A DNA stretch of 17,475 nucleotides from Clostridium sp. CAG:914 (GTDB taxonomy: Bacteria > Bacillota_I > Bacilli_A > RF39 > UBA660): positions 20,487 through 37,961 of the forward strand of contig FR902159.1 of NCBI GenBank assembly GCA_000437895.1, read 5' to 3'. The notes under the pieces are model-generated. The model was not told the DNA's origin. It was given only the letters and a program-made list of their open reading frames with translations, and did not search any database. A program made the translations under genes and the position numbers. The stretch's first letter is position 1. Every line of letters starts with the position of its first letter. Of the stretch, positions 15,568 through 17,475 are shown piece after piece.

Positions 15568-17475
15568 TTATTGTAGTCTACCAACGACCAAAACCGAGCG
15601 GGCGGCACTATTGATGTTGGCACTACCGTTGTAGATGTCGAAGCTAAACGTGCCCGCACTAGAATCAGTGTTGTAGCCGCCGCCACGCAAGAACCACGGA
15701 TTACCAGCATAGACAAAGCTGGCACTATCATCATACCAATCACTTACTTCGGATAATCCATGTCCATAACATATCCCATCATTACACGCCGTTAGTGAAT
15801 TAGTTGCCGTATAATCATCATAATATTTACTATTAGGTTGGCTTGAGAAACCCGCATAATTACTTAATGAAGTTGCTCCCCACGTACTACCAGCTGGACT
15901 ATAATATCCCATAACATATTCCCAAGCACCACCAGACATATCATACACTCCAGTAATATTGCCTGTCGTACTAGATACTTTACTTATATCATGTGTACTA
16001 CTCTTCGTATTGGTATTATATTCTAGTAAATATCCATCCCAAGTATAAAAGCCATAATAAGTATTATATTGTGAGGTAGATGTTTGACTGGTATATACCG
16101 TATTAATTGCGGTACTTCCACCGACATTTCCGCCACTTCTTCCCGTATAATATCCAGATGAATTATTAATGTATATTTCTCGATTTGCTCCATATCTACT
16201 ATGAGATAAATATGCTACTGCTCCCCATTCACTATTCTTCATCATATGTGCATCGACATTACTAGTCATTCCGTATGTACTTGTCCCAAATCTTTGAGCA
16301 GTTGTAAATTCTGCTGATACTGTTTGGTTTCTAAGAGAACTGATATTGGGCATTATTAATGGAGCCGTAGCCGTTCCACCAGTTTCAAACTTTCCTACCC
16401 AAATACCATTTACTTCGGTATTACCAAATGTAAAGGCTGGATGAGTATAATAAGTATTAACTGCATCTCCCAAAGTTTTAGTTGTTGATTTATCTTCATA
16501 TATAATATCAATTTCTCTTGGACCTGTATAATTATATGAAGAAGAAATTTCCATCGTATATGTTATCTGATTATCTGAATTATTTTGATTATACATGTCA
16601 ATAAGTTGAGAAGTAGTCACTTCAATTCCAAGACTAGCATTTGAAAAAGTACCTGTTTGAAGGGCATTATTTACATCTGTCGTTGCTTCTTCCAATGTAT
16701 AACTAGTAAATCCAGCACTCTGGGCATAAGCATGCACCCAATTAATAAGTAATGTCTTATCACTATCACTTAATACATATATGTCAATAAGTTGAGAAGT
16801 AGACATTTCAATTCCAAGACTAGCATTTGAAAAAATACCTTTCTGAAGAGCATTATTTACATCTGTCGTTGCTTCTTCTAATGTATATGGACCTGAAACA
16901 AATCCTTGATTAATAGCATCTTGCACATAACTATACCACCAATTAATAAGTAATGTCTTATCACTATCACTTAATACATATACATAACATTCAGGATTTT
17001 CCTCATATGTTGGATTAGTTAATGTACTACATTTAACTTCTGGTATTCGGTATTTATACCTAGGTATCCATACATAATAAGCCAATATATCTTCTTCTGA
17101 TACTACAACTCCAGAAGTATTCTGATAAGTACTTCTAGAACTATCATTTACTAAAACCATATTAGCCCATTCCTTATTATTATAATTATACCAAGAAGCA
17201 TCATCTTCAGATACTGTTGAAGTTATTCCATTACTAGATATTACTACTGGTATCATTCCATCTTTAATATCTGGTTTACTTGCTGGAACATCATTCATAC
17301 AACTACCATTTAATGATAAACTAAATGACTGATTCATGGTTTCACTACTTGTCTCTTCAGCATCTAACCATATCCATAAATAATATGTCTCCGTAGCTGT
17401 CGCTGTATATTCTTTTGAAGTGAGTAAATTAACTTTATCACCAGTTATCTTTCCATTAAAATTACCAGAGCTTAC
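15568..17475 (-). CDS. DGR target (variable) protein with a C-terminal FGE-sulfatase / C-type-lectin-like domain; the 5' end runs off the right window edge
   Basis: The frame stays open for all 46 codons upstream of the track's ATG (17337) to the window end (VSSGNFNGKITGDKVNLL...), so the protein is longer than 635 aa. The C-terminal roughly 320 aa carry GIWVGKFE, MMKNSEWGAVAYL, GVYDMSGGAWEYV and WFLRGGGYN....ARSVLV. These correspond to the FGE-sulfatase-type fold used by many DGR variable proteins (DMxGNvWEW ... RGGSW ... GFR). Confidence 0.8.
   Translation of the reverse strand, partial: VSSGNFNGKITGDKVNLLTSKEYTATATETYYLWIWLDAEETSSETMNQSFSLSLNGSCMNDVPASKPDIKDGMIPVVISSNGITSTVSEDDASWYNYNNKEWANMVLVNDSSRSTYQNTSGVVVSEEDILAYYVWIPRYKYRIPEVKCSTLTNPTYEENPECYVYVLSDSDKTLLINWWYSYVQDAINQGFVSGPYTLEEATTDVNNALQKGIFSNASLGIEMSTSQLIDIYVLSDSDKTLLINWVHAYAQSAGFTSYTLEEATTDVNNALQTGTFSNASLGIEVTTSQLIDMYNQNNSDNQITYTMEISSSYNYTGPREIDIIYEDKSTTKTLGDAVNTYYTHPAFTFGNTEVNGIWVGKFETGGTATAPLIMPNISSLRNQTVSAEFTTAQRFGTSTYGMTSNVDAHMMKNSEWGAVAYLSHSRYGANREIYINNSSGYYTGRSGGNVGGSTAINTVYTSQTSTSQYNTYYGFYTWDGYLLEYNTNTKSSTHDISKVSSTTGNITGVYDMSGGAWEYVMGYYSPAGSTWGATSLSNYAGFSSQPNSKYYDDYTATNSLTACNDGICYGHGLSEVSDWYDDSASFVYAGNPWFLRGGGYNTDSSAGTFSFDIYNGSANINSAARSVLVVGRLQ
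15580..15744 (-). repeat. Candidate DGR variable repeat (VR) with a 3' GC-rich IMH-like block
   Basis: The last 55 sense codons before ...GRLQ* contain no codon ending in A. Sense-strand A is 30/165 and G+C is 85/165 by hand count, in a window that is otherwise about 30% G+C. The segment is rich in AAC/AAT/TAC/AGT/GAT-type codons (YNTDSS, FSFDIYNGSANINS). GCCGCCCGCTCGG (15606-15594) lies at the 3' end. No partner TR was seen in the window, so the repeat status is inferred rather than observed. Confidence 0.6.
16595..16981 (-). repeat. In-frame tandem duplication (186 bp + 201 bp) inside the target gene
   Basis: 16595-16780 and 16781-16981 share near-identical flanks (ATGTCAATAAGTTGAGAAGTAG... 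and ...ATTAATAAGTAATGTCTTATCACTATCACTTAATACATAT) around a divergent centre. The encoded units are YVLSDSDKTLLINW...TLEEATTDVNNALQ.G.FSNASLGIE..TSQLID. Confidence 0.9.

Larger units (their letters stand above)
13634..17475 (-). mobile_element. Diversity-generating retroelement cassette (target/VR - msl - avd - RT); TR not located
   Basis: Four co-oriented genes: a VR-like 3' end on the target gene and overlapping msl/avd/RT reading frames. The cassette is wedged directly upstream of obg. The right boundary is unknown because the window ends there. Confidence 0.75.

Noticed and set aside
15561-15743. A 60-aa ORF in another frame overlaps the VR region.
   Set aside because: It lies entirely inside the 3' end of the long target ORF, in a different frame. 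It stays open only because the local GC-rich, A-poor composition removes stop codons. It has no RBS.
16595-16981. I considered whether the two tandem units inside the target gene could be an intragenic TR/VR pair.
   Set aside because: The base differences in the well-aligned flanks are a mix of types (on the plus strand: t/a, c/t, g/a, g/t, t/c, c/t), not confined to adenines of one copy. The centres are indel-divergent and both copies are AT-rich with normal codon usage. This is an ordinary duplication.
1-17475. I looked for a CRISPR array, tRNA or rRNA genes, transposase or integrase genes, or toxin-antitoxin pairs.
   Set aside because: I saw no spaced direct-repeat arrays, cloverleaf-like GC-rich 75-nt islands or rRNA-like blocks. 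The only ORF-free structured GC-richer stretch is the RNase P RNA. No ORF shows transposase or integrase motifs.

Overview
This is an AT-rich (roughly 30% G+C by eye) chromosomal segment from a low-GC, spore-forming Firmicute (Bacillota), with almost every gene on the minus strand.

**Core region (1-13600).** These are ordinary, syntenic housekeeping genes:
- ybeY (partial), a VanZ-like membrane protein, xseB-xseA and nusB.
- A thiol-redox trio: a cysteine desulfurase, a small thioredoxin, and a thioredoxin-fold/membrane fusion protein.
- trmB, and a divergent plus-strand cotJ spore-coat operon in which cotJA and cotJB appear to be fused.
- pnp, rpsO, pgsA, a rodZ-like gene, a type-B RNase P RNA (rnpB), gpsB and obg.

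**Accessory region (13634-17475).** I read this as a diversity-generating retroelement (DGR), in minus-strand order:
- A large target protein, truncated by the right window edge, with an FGE-sulfatase/C-type-lectin-like C-terminus.
- A 122-aa MutS-domain-I-like mini-protein.
- An Avd-like four-helix-bundle protein.
- A DGR-type reverse transcriptase with a YMDD box and an IGNxxSQ motif.

The last 165 nt of the target gene form a sharp compositional island: about 51% G+C and 55 consecutive codons with no wobble adenine. It ends in a GC-rich IMH-like block, which is what a variable repeat (VR) should look like.

The main oddity is that I cannot find a cognate template repeat (TR) anywhere in the window. 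The avd and RT genes overlap, so there is no room for a TR in its usual position.

All calls come from reading the sequence and the ORF translations. No database searches were run, and family assignments rest on recognised motifs and synteny.
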